Source of the DNA: the human T2T-CHM13v2.0 reference genome, Homo sapiens
DNA: 64,000 bases
Assembly (NCBI RefSeq): GCF_009914755.1
Contig: NC_060934.1
Reading direction: 5' to 3' (one strand)
Shown in pieces: positions 26,051 through 38,837 of the stretch; within the stretch, counting starts at the first letter, position 1; each line of letters opens with the position of its first letter. Made by a program: the position numbers and the translations under genes. The notes under the pieces are model-generated. The model did not search any database. It saw only the letters and a list, made by a program, of their open reading frames with translations, and was not told the DNA's origin.

Positions 26051-27005
26051 AGCAGGTGTTCCAGGTGAGGCAATGGAGGTCCAGGGAGGTTAGGTAACTG
26101 AGTCTGGGTCACCCAGCAAGGAGGAGGTGCTGGCTTCACAGTGGGGGTCCAGGCTCCAGGCCCTTCTGGCCTCTTCCTGCCTGGGCATCCTAGTGCCAGA
26201 GATATTGGTTTGGACTTGACATACAGTATGCCCCTGAGCAGTCTGAGGGGTATTAGCTTCCCTATATTACAGAGAATCAGAGAGGTTGTGTGATTTGCCT
26301 AAGGTCATACAGCTGGTGATGGACCTTCATTAACACCTACATGATCTTTCTGCAAAGCCTGTATTCTTCTTGGGTTAGGTTTCTGAGACCAGCCCACAAT
26401 CCCCATACTTCCAAAGGGTGAGGGCTGGAATGGGTACACCAGGAAGGCAGGTGGACAGAGAGGCACGGCTAGGGGCAATGCAACGCCAGTAGCAGGGATG
26501 GGAGTCCCAAGGGTAGGAGGGCAGAATTCTTTTTTTTTTTTTAGCTTGTACTGAATATTTATTTCACACAGTAGCTGACCAAAGGTGCAGACATAATTGG
26601 AGTAACACTTGTTAGAAGAAAAATACTGTGAGTTACTAGTGAGTCCGGAATATAATACTTGAAAAAGAAAACATGGTTCAGCAAGTTATGGGTCAAGTGA
26701 TAATCAGGGTGACTTCTTTCTTTATTGAATATTATTTTCCAAAACTCTGGAAAAATCGTATGTGAAAATAAATGCATGCATATTGGAAATTTCTAGTAAG
26801 GACCTGCTAGAGCTAAGCAGCCTGGGTTGAGCTAAGCCTGAGTTTAAGACCAGCTTTGTCATTTGCAAGGTGCTTACTCTGGGAAAAGTTGCTTAGAGGG
26901 CAGAATTCTTAAGGGAGGGATTTGCGGCCCTGGGGCTGGAAGAGGCTGGGGCCCTTCTTCAAGCTGGACGTGCAGAGCTGGGTCACGCCTCTTGCTCATT
27001 CTAGG

Positions 27006-27865
27006 CAGAGCCTGGCCTAGGGTGAAACAAGCCAGGCACTCACCACAGGGGCACAATTTAAGGGGCACCCAAAACCTCACTCAGTAACTAGGATAAACAC
27101 TTTATTGTAATACTTTTAAGAATAAATATTAGGCAAAAAATCTTTGATGAACAAAAGATCAAAGTTTTCAATACAGAAAGGAGCAGCTATGCACTTGCAC
27201 AGGCCTTGAGGGTGAGTGCCTCCCACCCCAATCCCACCACATTCCTGCCTTTATTTCACATGTTTGCATTTGACCATGGATGTGGTTGGCTGAATAATGC
27301 CCTTCCCCACAAGATGTCCTGATCCCTGGAACCTGTGGCTGTGTTATCTTACACAGTACAAGAGACTTTGTAGGTGTGATGAGGGCTGGAGAGGTTAACC
27401 TGGGTTATCTAAGGGGCCAGGTGCAATCATAGGGGTTCTTTTACCAGGAAGGCAGAAGGAAGTTTGACCACAGTGGAGGCGGTGGGGGCAGGACAGAGGC
27501 AGAGACTGCAGTGCTGAAGCCGCAGCCAAGGCCTTGCTGTAGCCCCTGGAAGGTTAAAGATACAAGGAACTGCTTCTCCCCATGTCCTACAAGAAACCAG
27601 TCCTGCTGACATCTGGATTTTAGCCTTAGAAGACTGGTTATGACTTCTGACCTCCAGAACTAGAAGATAATCACGTTGTGTTGTTTTAAGCTGCCAAATT
27701 TCTGGCAGTTTGTTAGAGCTGCAATGTGGACCTAATATAAGGATATTTTAGTATTCATGTTCATTTTTTAAAAGATTACAATAAAATATCTTGATTACTG
27801 AGTTTTTTTGGTGCCCCCTTACATTTTGTGCCCCAGGCCAGTGAGGATCCCTAGTCCTGGCCCTG
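27006..27865. mobile_element. MER96B-like hAT element split by an MLT1 LTR
   Basis: Inverted termini cagagcctggcctagggtg...ccctagtcctggccctg, with internal aatttaaggggcacc / ggtgccccttacattttgtgccc. Confidence 0.65.
27281..27737 (+). mobile_element. MLT1 (MaLR) solo LTR
   Basis: tgtggttggctgaataatg...ccctggaacctgtg...gacttctgacctccagaact...gttttaagc...tttgttagagc. Confidence 0.8.
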
Positions 27866-30800
27866 ACACTAAGTATGGGGGCTAAGGTCCTCAAAACTGG
27901 GAGTGGGGCCGCGGAGCTGTTTTCTCCCTCCCCAGAGCTCAGGTGAACATGAGGGTGCCAGGGCAGGTTGGTGCAGGGTGTCACAAGCCAAGGAATGTCT
28001 GCCCTCCACCTACCAACAGAGCCTGGCATTCCCACGGCCCAGGGACCTGCCAGCTCTGAGCAGCCCTGTCCATGTTAAAGAGCAGGGGCCAAGGGCTCAG
28101 CAGAAGCTCTCACCAACCAGGGGCCGGCAGGCTTCTCTCAGGTGGGCAGGCAGGGTCTGCTGCCCACATGTTTTCTCTGCTCTGAGCCATGGTTTCCCTG
28201 CCTGTGTCTTCAGAGTCAGACTGGCCAGTCTCTGCAGAGTGCCCTCCACCCCTACCCAGGAGCCCCACATGGCTAGAGGCCTGCAGGCACCACCCATTAG
28301 AAGGCTCCGGCAGGCACTGCCACATTGAGCTCCAGGTGAAGCCCTGGCCCTGCCAATGCCCACCCCACCTCAGGGGTGGTTTTTAGCTGTGGGGCCTGTT
28401 GGGGATGGGAGTGCAGAGACAGTCATGAGACTGCCTTCTCAGGGCAGGGCTGGGGAGCTGACAACCTGAGTCTGTCCAATCACACAAGCAACCCAGTTAA
28501 CAGTTGGCCTCTTCACTCTGGATGGTCTTTGTCTCTGAGCTGTGTGTACAACAGCTCCCTGGCTAGGGCTGGGATCCAGGACCTTAGGGACTGCCTCTTC
28601 CTTCAGTCTTAATTATGCCCCCCTCCCCGACCAAGACAACTCAGATCTAGTGGGTAGAATGCGCTGAGGCCTACCTGGCAACAGCATCCAGCGATGAGCT
28701 TACCCTGGAGGTGGGCTGCGCTGCCCCCAGCCCCACTGTGTGTTGTTAGGTAAGTTGCTGAACCTCTGAGTCTCTGCTGCCTCCAGATTGTACCAAACTC
28801 CTGGCAAGGGCAGCCCATAGCCAGTGTGAGCTCCCTTCCTCTTCTCTCAGGGTGTGTGGGCTGAAGTCCTCCAGGGCCACTTGGAACAAGCTGAGAGACA
28901 AAGATCCCAACCCTAGGACACCCTGAGGCTTTCTGGCATCCTGCTCTCTACAGCAGGCAGCCAGCACCCAGGCTCTGCACTCCAGCCGACTAGGTTGAAA
29001 TGCCAGCTTCCCACTTATTTGTGGTCTGGACAAAATGCTGGAGCCTCCTTGATTCTGTCTCCTCACCAAAAGTGGGATATAATGGGACTGGTTTCACAGG
29101 GCTATTGTCAGGCTCAGCAGGGACACAGAGTCCAGGATAGGAAATGCTGGGGTCCCCAGGGGTTCATCCCCATCTTATCAATAATGGAGACAAACTCTTT
29201 TCTGGTTCTGTGATCTGAGGTCTATTGAAGCCAGACTGAAACCAAACTGGCCAAGCTGATGGGCATTTCTCATCAGAGCTGCTGAGAAGGAAGGGCTTAA
29301 TGAACCAGCAAGGTGGTTAAAAGAGTGTTGAACGTTAGCGTCCTGACCTTTGCAGGAAGCAGTAGTGACAGCCCCCTGTAAATCATCCCGACTAGCTTAC
29401 CAGGCTCTCCCTAGATAAGGCAGCTGCTCGGGCCTTTGTTCTGGTAAACAGCTCTGTGGCTGTCCCATCAGCAGGGGTGGGGGAGGCTGGCTGTGGCTGG
29501 AGGCCATTTCCTCTGCCTTGGGGATCCAAGTTCTCAGGCTCCTGGGGCTCTGGCAGGGGAGAAGCCTTGAGCGCTGCAGGGGAAGGAGGCCCAAGTGTGC
29601 TCTGAACACCCTCTATACCCAGAAGAGGCCAGGCCTGCCCTCTATGAGCCTGGACAGGATCCAAGGTCCATAGGGACATCTTCTCCACTTGAGTACATGG
29701 ACCCTTAGGGCCCACTAGAATGGATGGAAGGCACCAGAACTAGTCTCAAGTACCCCTTCTGCTGGCTTAGTGACCTGAGGCCTAGCCCAGGTCTGCAAGA
29801 GTCCTTTCTCTCCCCTTTTGGAAGGGCTGCCTGGAAAAGCCCAGGCCCACTGGCCAGGCAGGTTGACATTCACAGGAACTAGAAATAAGACTGTCTTCTT
29901 GAATCTCCCAGGAGGGCTGGGATATAGAGCAAGCAGTGCTGGGGAGAAGTGGTCCACTAGGACCTTGGGCTCTACCACTGGCAGCCTGGCCTGGGGGTAA
30001 TCACCTTTCACTCTGAATCTGATTATGCCTCCAGGGCTTCCTTTTAGAGATGTCATTCCATCAAATGATGACCACTACCAGCTAACAAGGTTGCGTTTCG
30101 TCCCACCAGGTTGTCCCAAGGTTGGATTTTTTTCCATGTCACATGTCCTGCCCTAGGGCTTCAGGGAGCTGTATTTCTCCCTTATTTTTTCCACCCATGA
30201 TTCCAGAGGAACCCAAGGGCAGGAGAGTTGACTCCTGGGGGTCTGAGAAAAGCCTCCAGAGGCCTGTGAGATTCCCACACAGCCAGGCCAGGGCAGTGCA
30301 GTTCCGATGATGACCACAGGCCTACTGCCTGTCTCCGGCCCCCATGCCCCGCCCCAGCACCAAGCAGTCACTCTGGGCAGGGACACCTTTTCCCAGCTGG
30401 GCTCCTAGCCCCAAGACTGCCTTCTGCACTGCCACTGGTAAGGCTGGGACAAACAGCTTCAGGGCTTTGCTTGGCGGTGCCTGCTGGCCATAGTGGAACT
30501 GTTACCACAGTGCTAGTTAGCACCAGTCCCAGCCCCCAGACTTCTGAATCCAACTGCCCGCTCAGCATCTCCACTGGTTTAATGACTCATAGACACCTCA
30601 AACCTAAACGTGTCCAAACAGAGCTATGGCCTTGCCATAGCCTCCCAAACCAGCTCTGTGCTAAGTCTTCCCTTCTTACTTCATAACAACTCCAGCCTCC
30701 AGATGCCCAGCCAGACACCTTGGAGTTAGCCTCCACTGCGCCCTTCCTCACATCCACAGCCAGGAGAGCTTATCATCCTACTTGCAAAATAGATTTGGAA

Positions 30801-31000
30801 TCTGATCACTTTCACTACCCTGACCACAGGGAGAGCACCCCCTTCTCTTGCCTGGATTATTGCAAATTCATCTCCAGCTCCCCCTTGTACAACTCTGGTC
30901 AGCAGGCAGAGTGGTCCTCTTAAATGATGTATTACATCAAGACATTTTTCGGCTCAAAGCCCTCCAATGCCCCCTCCTCATTTCAGAGTAACAGCAGCTG

Positions 31001-31651
<651 letters not shown>

Positions 31652-31849
31652 CTAAAAGGGGCCCAGGAAGCCTCTACCTTCTGGCCACTCCCATGTGGCT
31701 CCCTTCCTCACTCCCTCCAGCCCATCTGCCTCTGTGCTGCTTCTAGACCACATCAGATGTTCTGCTTTTGCCCAAGCTATGGCCTCAGTCTAGCACACTT
31801 CCACTAGATGTCCCCTTGGCTCACTCTCTCACCTCTTTCAACACCGTAT

Positions 31850-32520
31850 GAACAATGAGATAACACTTCATACCTGTTAGGATGGCTATTAAAAAAAAAA
31901 CCAAAAAAAACAGAAAACAAGTGCTGGTGAGGATGTAGATGAACTAGAAAACTTGTGTACTGCCAGTGGGAATATAAAATGGGGCAGCCACTGTGGAAAA
32001 TGGTCTGGAGGCTCCTCAAAAAATTAAAAATAGAATTACCATATGATCTAGCAATCCCACTTCTGGGTATATACCCCAAATAATTGAAATCAGGGACTCA
32101 AAGAGATATTTGCACCCTCATATTCACAGCAGCATTATTCACAATAGTTGAAACACAGAAGCAACTCAAGTGTCCATCAATGGATGAATGGATAAACAAA
32201 TGTGGTATATCCATACAATGGAATATTATTTGAGCTTAAAAAAGAGAGAAATTCCAATATTCCACATAGATGAAACTTGAGAACATTATGCAAAATGAAA
32301 TAAGCCAGTCACAAAAGGACAAATACTACAGGATTCTACTTACATGAGGTGCTTAGAGCAGTCAAATTTATAAAGACAGAAAGTAGAATGGTGGTTGCCC
32401 AGGGCTGGAGGGAGAAAGCCAGAGTTTCAGTTTGGGAAGATGAAAAAGTTCTGGAGAGGGATGGTGGTGATGGTTGTACAACAGTGTGAATACACTTAAT
32501 GCCACTGAATTGTACACTGT
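31850..32520 (+). mobile_element. L1MB-like 3' end
   Basis: aaaattaaaaatagaattaccatatgatctagcaatcccacttctggg...agtcacaaaaggacaaatact. Confidence 0.85.
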
Positions 32521-32590
32521 ACACTGCTTTCTTCCCTGCTGAGTCCTCTGCCTGCATGTGACAGGTCTCAATAAGTGTTTAATGAATGAA

Positions 32591-32650
32591 TGAGGACTAT
32601 TTAGTACTCAGAGAGCGCTGAGGACTATTTAGTACTCAGAGAGCGCTGAG
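32591..32650. repeat. Perfect 28-bp tandem duplication
   Basis: tgaggactatttagtactcagagagcgc x2 + tgag. Confidence 0.95.
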
Positions 32651-33109
32651 CACTTTATGTCCATTTTCTCTCTTAATTCTTATGACAATCCTGCAAAAAA
32701 GATATTATTCTTCCTATTTTGCAAACAAGGACACAGAGGTACAGCGAAGATAAGAGGTGTGCCAGGTCATGCAGCAAGCAAGTGGCAGAGCCAAATCACA
32801 CCTAGACCCAAGCCTGTTGCCAAAGCCTCACTCTGCCTCCTCTCACACTTCAATGCAATGGGCTTGGCTAAACCCCTTCCTATGCATATAAATTCCAGGC
32901 TTTAAGGGGGCTTGCAGACTCTCTGCAGACAACCAGGCAAGGGATACACATGTTCAAGCACCCACCAGATGCCGAGGCAGCCCTGGGGACCCGGTGACTA
33001 TTGTCTCCCTTCTCTCTCCTCTCAGAGAGAGCTGGCAAGGAGGTACTGCGCCATGCATCCTTCTGGGGCTGCGTTCCCTGAACTGGGCGTGGAAGTTCAG
33101 AGATCAGTT

Positions 33110-33970
33110 TGAGGAGTATTGGCCTCTTAACAATATCAACTCTTCTCATTCCTGAACATGGGATGTCTTTCTTCTTATTTAGATCTTTTTCAATTTCTTT
33201 CAGCAATGCTTTGTTATTTTCAGAATATAAGTTTTATACTTTTTTTTGCTAAATTTATCCCTAAGTATTTTATTCTTTTGGATGCTCCTGTAGATGAAAT
33301 TTTCTTAATTTCGTTTTCAGTTTGTTCATGGCTACTGTACACAAATAAAATTGGTTTGTATATACTAATCTTGTATCCTTCAACCTTGCTGAATTTTTAA
33401 TTAATTCTAATAGTTTTTTTGTACTTTCTGTATACAAGATCACGCCATCTGCAAACAGAGATACTTTAATGTCTTCTTTTAAATCAAGCTTCATTTTATT
33501 TCATTTTCTTGCATAATTGACCTGGCTAGAACCTCTAGTACAATGCTGAATAGAAGTGGTGAAGGCAAGAATCCTTGTCTTGTTCCTGATCTTGGAGGAA
33601 AATTAGCCAGTCTTCCTCGATTAAGTATGTTATTATCAGTGGGCTTTTTGGAGATGCCCTTTATCATAGGAATTCCCTTCTATTCCTAGGGATAGAATAG
33701 AAGTTCACTTCTATTCCTAGTTTCTGGAGTGTTTTAATCATTAAAGGGTGCTGGATTTTATAAAATGCTTTTTCTAGTCTACTAAGACGGTCATGTGTTT
33801 TTGTCCTTTATTCTGTTAATATAGTACATTAATTGATTTTCAGACATTAAATCACCCTTCCATTCTTAGAGACGATAAATCTCATTTCATCATGGCGTAT
33901 AATTCTTTGGATTCAGCATGTTAGGATTTTGTGGATGATTTTTGTATCTATATCCATAAGAGACACTGGT
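33110..33970 (-). mobile_element. L1 ORF2 fragment
   Basis: Minus-strand remnants KEIEKDLNKKKDIPCS and VSLFADGVILY (RT FADD region). Confidence 0.85.
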
Positions 33971-34019
33971 GTTCCAGCAATAATTCTCTGTCCCTCCTAC
34001 ACCATCAATCTTTTGCAAT

Positions 34020-35290
34020 GATGCTTTGTCTTCCAACTTAAAAAAATAAACCAACTTCCTCTTTACCTCACCTCCTCCTCCAGCTGCTGTCCCCATTTCT
34101 CTCTTTCCCTTTTCTGCAAACTTTTTGAAAGAGTTGGCTATGCTGACACTCCAATTCCCCTCCTATCATCCTTTCTCATTCCCACTATTATCAGGCATTC
34201 CACAAAAGCCCCTTTGCTCAAGTCACCAATGACTGCTCAGCTTTCACCCTCTGGTTGATCTATCAGCAGCACTTGGCTGCAGTTGATCACTGCCCTTGTT
34301 CCTTCACTTGGCTCAGGGTGGCTTCTGGCTCTCCTCCCTCTTGGGGCTTGCTCTCTTTCTCACCCCTCTGCTGTCCCTCCACTCGCTCTGTGCTGTCTCA
34401 TTCAGCCTTATGACTTCAAACCCCATCTATGTGCTGATGGCCCCCTAAATACTCTCTCTAGCCCAGTCCTCTCTCCTGATTTCTAGGCTGAAATATCTAC
34501 CTGCCTACTTGACATCTAAACTTGAGCATCTTATAGGTATCTCAAACTAGGCCCATATCTTCCTTCCAAATAGCTGCAGTTCCCGTAGTCTTTCTGTCTC
34601 AGCTAACTCATTAGCTTCCCATTGCTTAGATCAAAACATCCCAGAATTATCCTTAACTTCTCTCATTCATTCTCATACACCTCTCATCCATCTTAGCAGG
34701 GGAATACCACTGGCTCTACCTTCAGAATAAATCAAGAATTCAATGACTTCTTATCGCCACCACCACTGGGCCAGGCCACCCTCACCTCTCACCTGCACTG
34801 TTGTGTAAGGAGCTCCTAACTGGCTTTGGTCTTTCCTCAACATGACAGCCAGAAGGATCCTGGTAGAAGATGGGCCAGGTTCTGCCACTTCTCTATTCCA
34901 TGCCATGAGGTGCTAACAGCTCTACCGTGATGACAAGGCCATTCATTCTTTGGTCTCTCTCCTCCCCTTTGCCCACTCTGCTCTGGCCACACTGGCCTCC
35001 TTGCTGTTCTTCCGGGATGGGCCCCCTACCTCTGCCTGTGCTGTTATCCACCCTTTCTTTCCTTCTACTCAAAAGTCACCAAACCCTAACCCTATCTCTT
35101 GTGTTCCCCTCCCTGCCTCTTCTGTCCCCACTGTGCCCACCATCTAACCTGCCATGTGCCTGCTCAGCTGGTCACCCGCCTCCTCTACTAGCACGTGAGA
35201 ACCATGAGGCCAGTGCCTGTCCCTCCAGCTCGCTGCTGTCTCCTCAGCCCCTAGAACATTTGCGAGTCCATTGCAGGTTGGCTGAATGAC
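34020..35290. mobile_element. L2 remnant
   Basis: Pyrimidine-rich L2 motifs (gtcaccaatgac, ctgcctacttgacatct, ggctctaccttcagaata, ctctggccacactggcctcc). Confidence 0.65.
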
Positions 35291-36089
35291 CAGATGAATT
35301 CCCAAATGAGAGGCACTCCAGCTGTGGCCACAGCTTGGTGGGCTGGGCAGGCCACCAGCAGTGAGGCTCCCCTGACCACTGGCTGCTCCCACTTCTCAAG
35401 GGGATGGCTGGGCTGTCCCATCTGCAGCAGGCACGCCACCCACTCCTGTCTGTCAGAGGTGGCCTGCCGGTGCCAGAATAAGCACCCCAGGAAGGGCTCA
35501 GGGGCTCTGTTACAAAACAGTCAAAAAAGGACTGATCCTCTAAGCCTCCTTCCCAGGGGATGCAAGCTAATAACAGCTCTGCCAGAAAACCTTCAGGGGC
35601 CGACTGAGCCCACCTGCCAGCACCATGCATGCCCAGACACGTCTGGCATCGCTAACTCCTGAGATTTCTGCATTTCCTCTGTACTCCCGGGAGAAAGGAG
35701 ATAAGCGCCTTTGATGGCAGTTCCTGTTTTAATGGTTGTGAGTTCTTCAGCACACAGCCTGGGAAGGCAGATAAATGCCAGGCCTGGGGAAGGGGTCAGT
35801 CTAGGGTCTATGTGGGATTCTGCCAAAGATCCCCAATTCTGGGCAAGCACAGAGGGAGATGGACATGTGGCCGGGGAGCCAGGCCTGCTGGGTGCAGGTC
35901 TTGGTGCAGCTCTTGGACGGGCTATTTGGGCCAGGACCAAGCACAGTCTTTGAGGCCAGAACATCCACCTCCACTTCTCAGTTCTGCCCCCTTGCTGGCT
36001 GTGTCATCTTGGGCAAGTCATCTCACTTCTTTGACCCAAGTTTCTCCCTTTGTTTCATTTATTTTTTATATGCACACATCTAGAAAAGC

Positions 36090-37235
36090 ACTTAAAGCAT
36101 AAATATGCAGATAAACATGTCATTGTAAAAGGAACACCTGTGTAACTACCCAAGCCAAGCTAGAGAACATTTAAGATATGTATGCCCCTCTCCCATCCCA
36201 TCTTAACCTCTTCCCTCCTCCCTACTATCCTGACTTTCATAGCATTCATTTCTTTGCTTTTCTTTATATTCTGTTGCCTATCTATCTATAAATAACAAGT
36301 TTACTTCTGCCCTGTGTTTCAACTTTATATAGGTAGATAATACAACATGTTATTTTGTTTGTTTGGGTTTAGTTCCACATTGTTTTTAAGATTCATGCAT
36401 GTAGGTGGCACTGTAGTGGATTCATTCCCATTGTTGTGGAGTTTCCCACTGTAAGACTGAGTCATAGTTATTTATCCATTGTATTGTTGCTGGGCACTTG
36501 GGTTAGTGTCAGGCTATCATCAATAAGGCTGCCATGAACATCCCATGTATCCAAGTCTCCTGGCATACCTGTACACACATTTCTATGTAGGACATGCTTC
36601 ATATGGAATTGCTGGGACACAGGTGTGCACAGCATCAACTTCAGCAGACACTGCTGATTTCCCTAGCAATATGTGCAAGTTTCTATAGCTTTCTATCCTC
36701 ATCACGACTTGAAACTGTCTTTTTCATTCAGTCATTTAGTCATTCTGGTGGGTGCATACAAGTATCCCATTGTGATTTAATTTGCAATTCCCTGATTACT
36801 GATGAGGTTGTGCGCAGGAGCCTATGTTCACTGGTCATGAGGATTTCTTATTTTAGGAAATGGCTGTCCAAGTCTCTTGCCCACGCTTCTGCTGCCTTGT
36901 CTGTTTTTGCCTCATTCATTTGTAGGAGTTTGGGGAGTGAGTAATTTGATGACCACATGTGTTGCAAACGCCTTCACCCAATGTATAGCTTATCTTTTCA
37001 TTTTCTTAATCTACCTTTTACAAACAGATGCTCTTCATTTTATAAAATATAATTTATCAACAATTTCATAATAGATTAGTGTTTTTTTGTAACTCATTTA
37101 AAAATTCTTTCTCTACCCCAAGATTATGATAATGTTCCTTCCCTGGTGCTCAAAAGTGCCACCTGTCATACATCAAAGTCCAACTATGTAAGATTCTGCT
37201 TCTGGGCTCTATTCTGTTCCACTGGTTCACTTTCA
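36090..37235 (-). mobile_element. Old L1 (L1ME-like) 3' region
   Basis: ttatccatt...gggcacttgggtt...ctgccatgaacat...ttaatttgcaattccctgattact. Confidence 0.7.
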
Positions 37236-38660
37236 GCAACCTGGAACCAAAGCCACTGTGAGGCTGCAGAAATCCCTGGGTGGGCTCAGACCTTTCCAGG
37301 CCATTAATCTAGGGCCCTAAGTCAAATGTGCTGCAACCTTCAGGGATCAAGGAGACCAAGGCTGACAGTGTGATATCATTCATGAAGCCTGAGAGAACAA
37401 CTTTCACTCTCAACATTATATTGACTCTTCCTTGTGAGGGATTTATCATTCAATGAAAGGTGGTCAGGTAGACCATAGCCAGGGGTGGGAGAGGAGAGTG
37501 GGCAAACAGAGGAGCAAAGGAAGGGGCTCAGCCCATGTGGCTTGTGAAATCTGGAGACTGGCCCAGAGCCCCAAAAGGTGAGTCCCTGCCCAGACTGTGT
37601 GCTGATCAAACACCATAGGGAGAAAGAGGACGTCCATAGCTTGTGTGGTCAGAGCCCAGCCAGCTTTCAGACTCCCAGTCTCCACATTCAGCAGGGAGTC
37701 GGTGGCCCTGGCCCCAATGCCATGGTGATCCCATTATGAAAGATCTTTTCATGACCACTTCATATGGACACCGACCTAGAGATAGCGACTGCACGGCTGG
37801 GAGTCACCTTTCATTTCTCTCATACCCCATGTCCAGACCATAGGCAAAACCTGGCAGCTCCACCTTAAGGATACACCTGCAGCTGGCCACTTTGCACCAT
37901 CAGCTGCATGCCCACCCCATGGACTCTCCTGGCCTGCTGTGTCTACTGCTGTCCCTCTATGGTCCACTCCTCATGTGGTGGCCAGGGCACCTTTTACATA
38001 AATCTGACTCAGGTCCTGTGTGTCTCCTGCTCTGAGCTCTCCTGGTATCCCACTGTATATAGAACAAAATAAAAAATCCCCACCAGGACCCCAAGGCCTT
38101 GGTGACCACTCTTACCTCAGGCCCTCCCACTCGCCTGGTCTTCACTCCCTCGGGGCCCCGGCCTTCCTGACATGCCTCGTGTTCCCAAAGCTCGTCCCTA
38201 CCTCGGGGCCTTCGCACGTGTCCATGTCTCTGCTGGAATGCTCTTCCCCAGCATGCCCCTGGCTCCCCGTTGCTGCATTAAGCCTGCTTGGCCACTCCAC
38301 CTAACCACACCCCTGCCGTCCTCTCACTGAGCTTCAATGGCTTTGTGACATGTCTCACCCCTGGACACCACGAGACACATGTCCTTGTCTACCATCCCTC
38401 CCACAGAGAATGGAGATGAGGGAAGGCGGAGGTGTGGCCTATCCTCATGAATTCCTCACCCCTGGAATAGAATCCAGTACATTTAGATGTCTAATACACA
38501 GTTTTCAATAAAGGAGGAAGTGAGTACACGGCAGCCGTTGGGTGACTCCCGAGGGCTGGCAGTGGAAGGGCCAGCCTGCTGTGAGCAGCACAGGATGCAG
38601 CCAGCAAGTCCTCAGTGAGCAGGATCTTTGGGGCTCAGGACAGGCAGGGGGCATGATTAC

Positions 38661-38708
38661 CTGGAGGCAAGGGTTCTAGAGGGTGGGCATGCGATCTACG
38701 GGCAGTAC
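38661..38708 (-). CDS. ARHGAP22: Alternative 48-nt 3' extension of exon 4 (+16 aa, [16 protein letters not shown])
   Basis: Second donor CCAG|gtaatc exactly 48 nt downstream, same phase, no stop; 698+16=714 aa matches the long isoform length I recall. Confidence 0.8.
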
Positions 38709-38837
38709 CTCCGCCCAGCGGGGCCCAGATGACTCGGCGGATGGCCTGCACCCAGTCCTCCATGTCACGCTGGGAGCTGGCCATGAGCAGGAGCGCCTCG
38801 GGGTTGGCCGGCACCTTCTCCCGCTCCCCAGCACCAC
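38709..38837 (-). CDS. ARHGAP22: ARHGAP22 coding exon 4 (129 nt, phase 1-1): C-terminal part of PH domain, [43 protein letters not shown]
   Basis: Acceptor ctgtcttgcag|GTGGTGCT, donor GGAG|gtactg; PH terminal helix motif [10 protein letters not shown]; lies within ORF 38635..38904. Confidence 0.95.
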
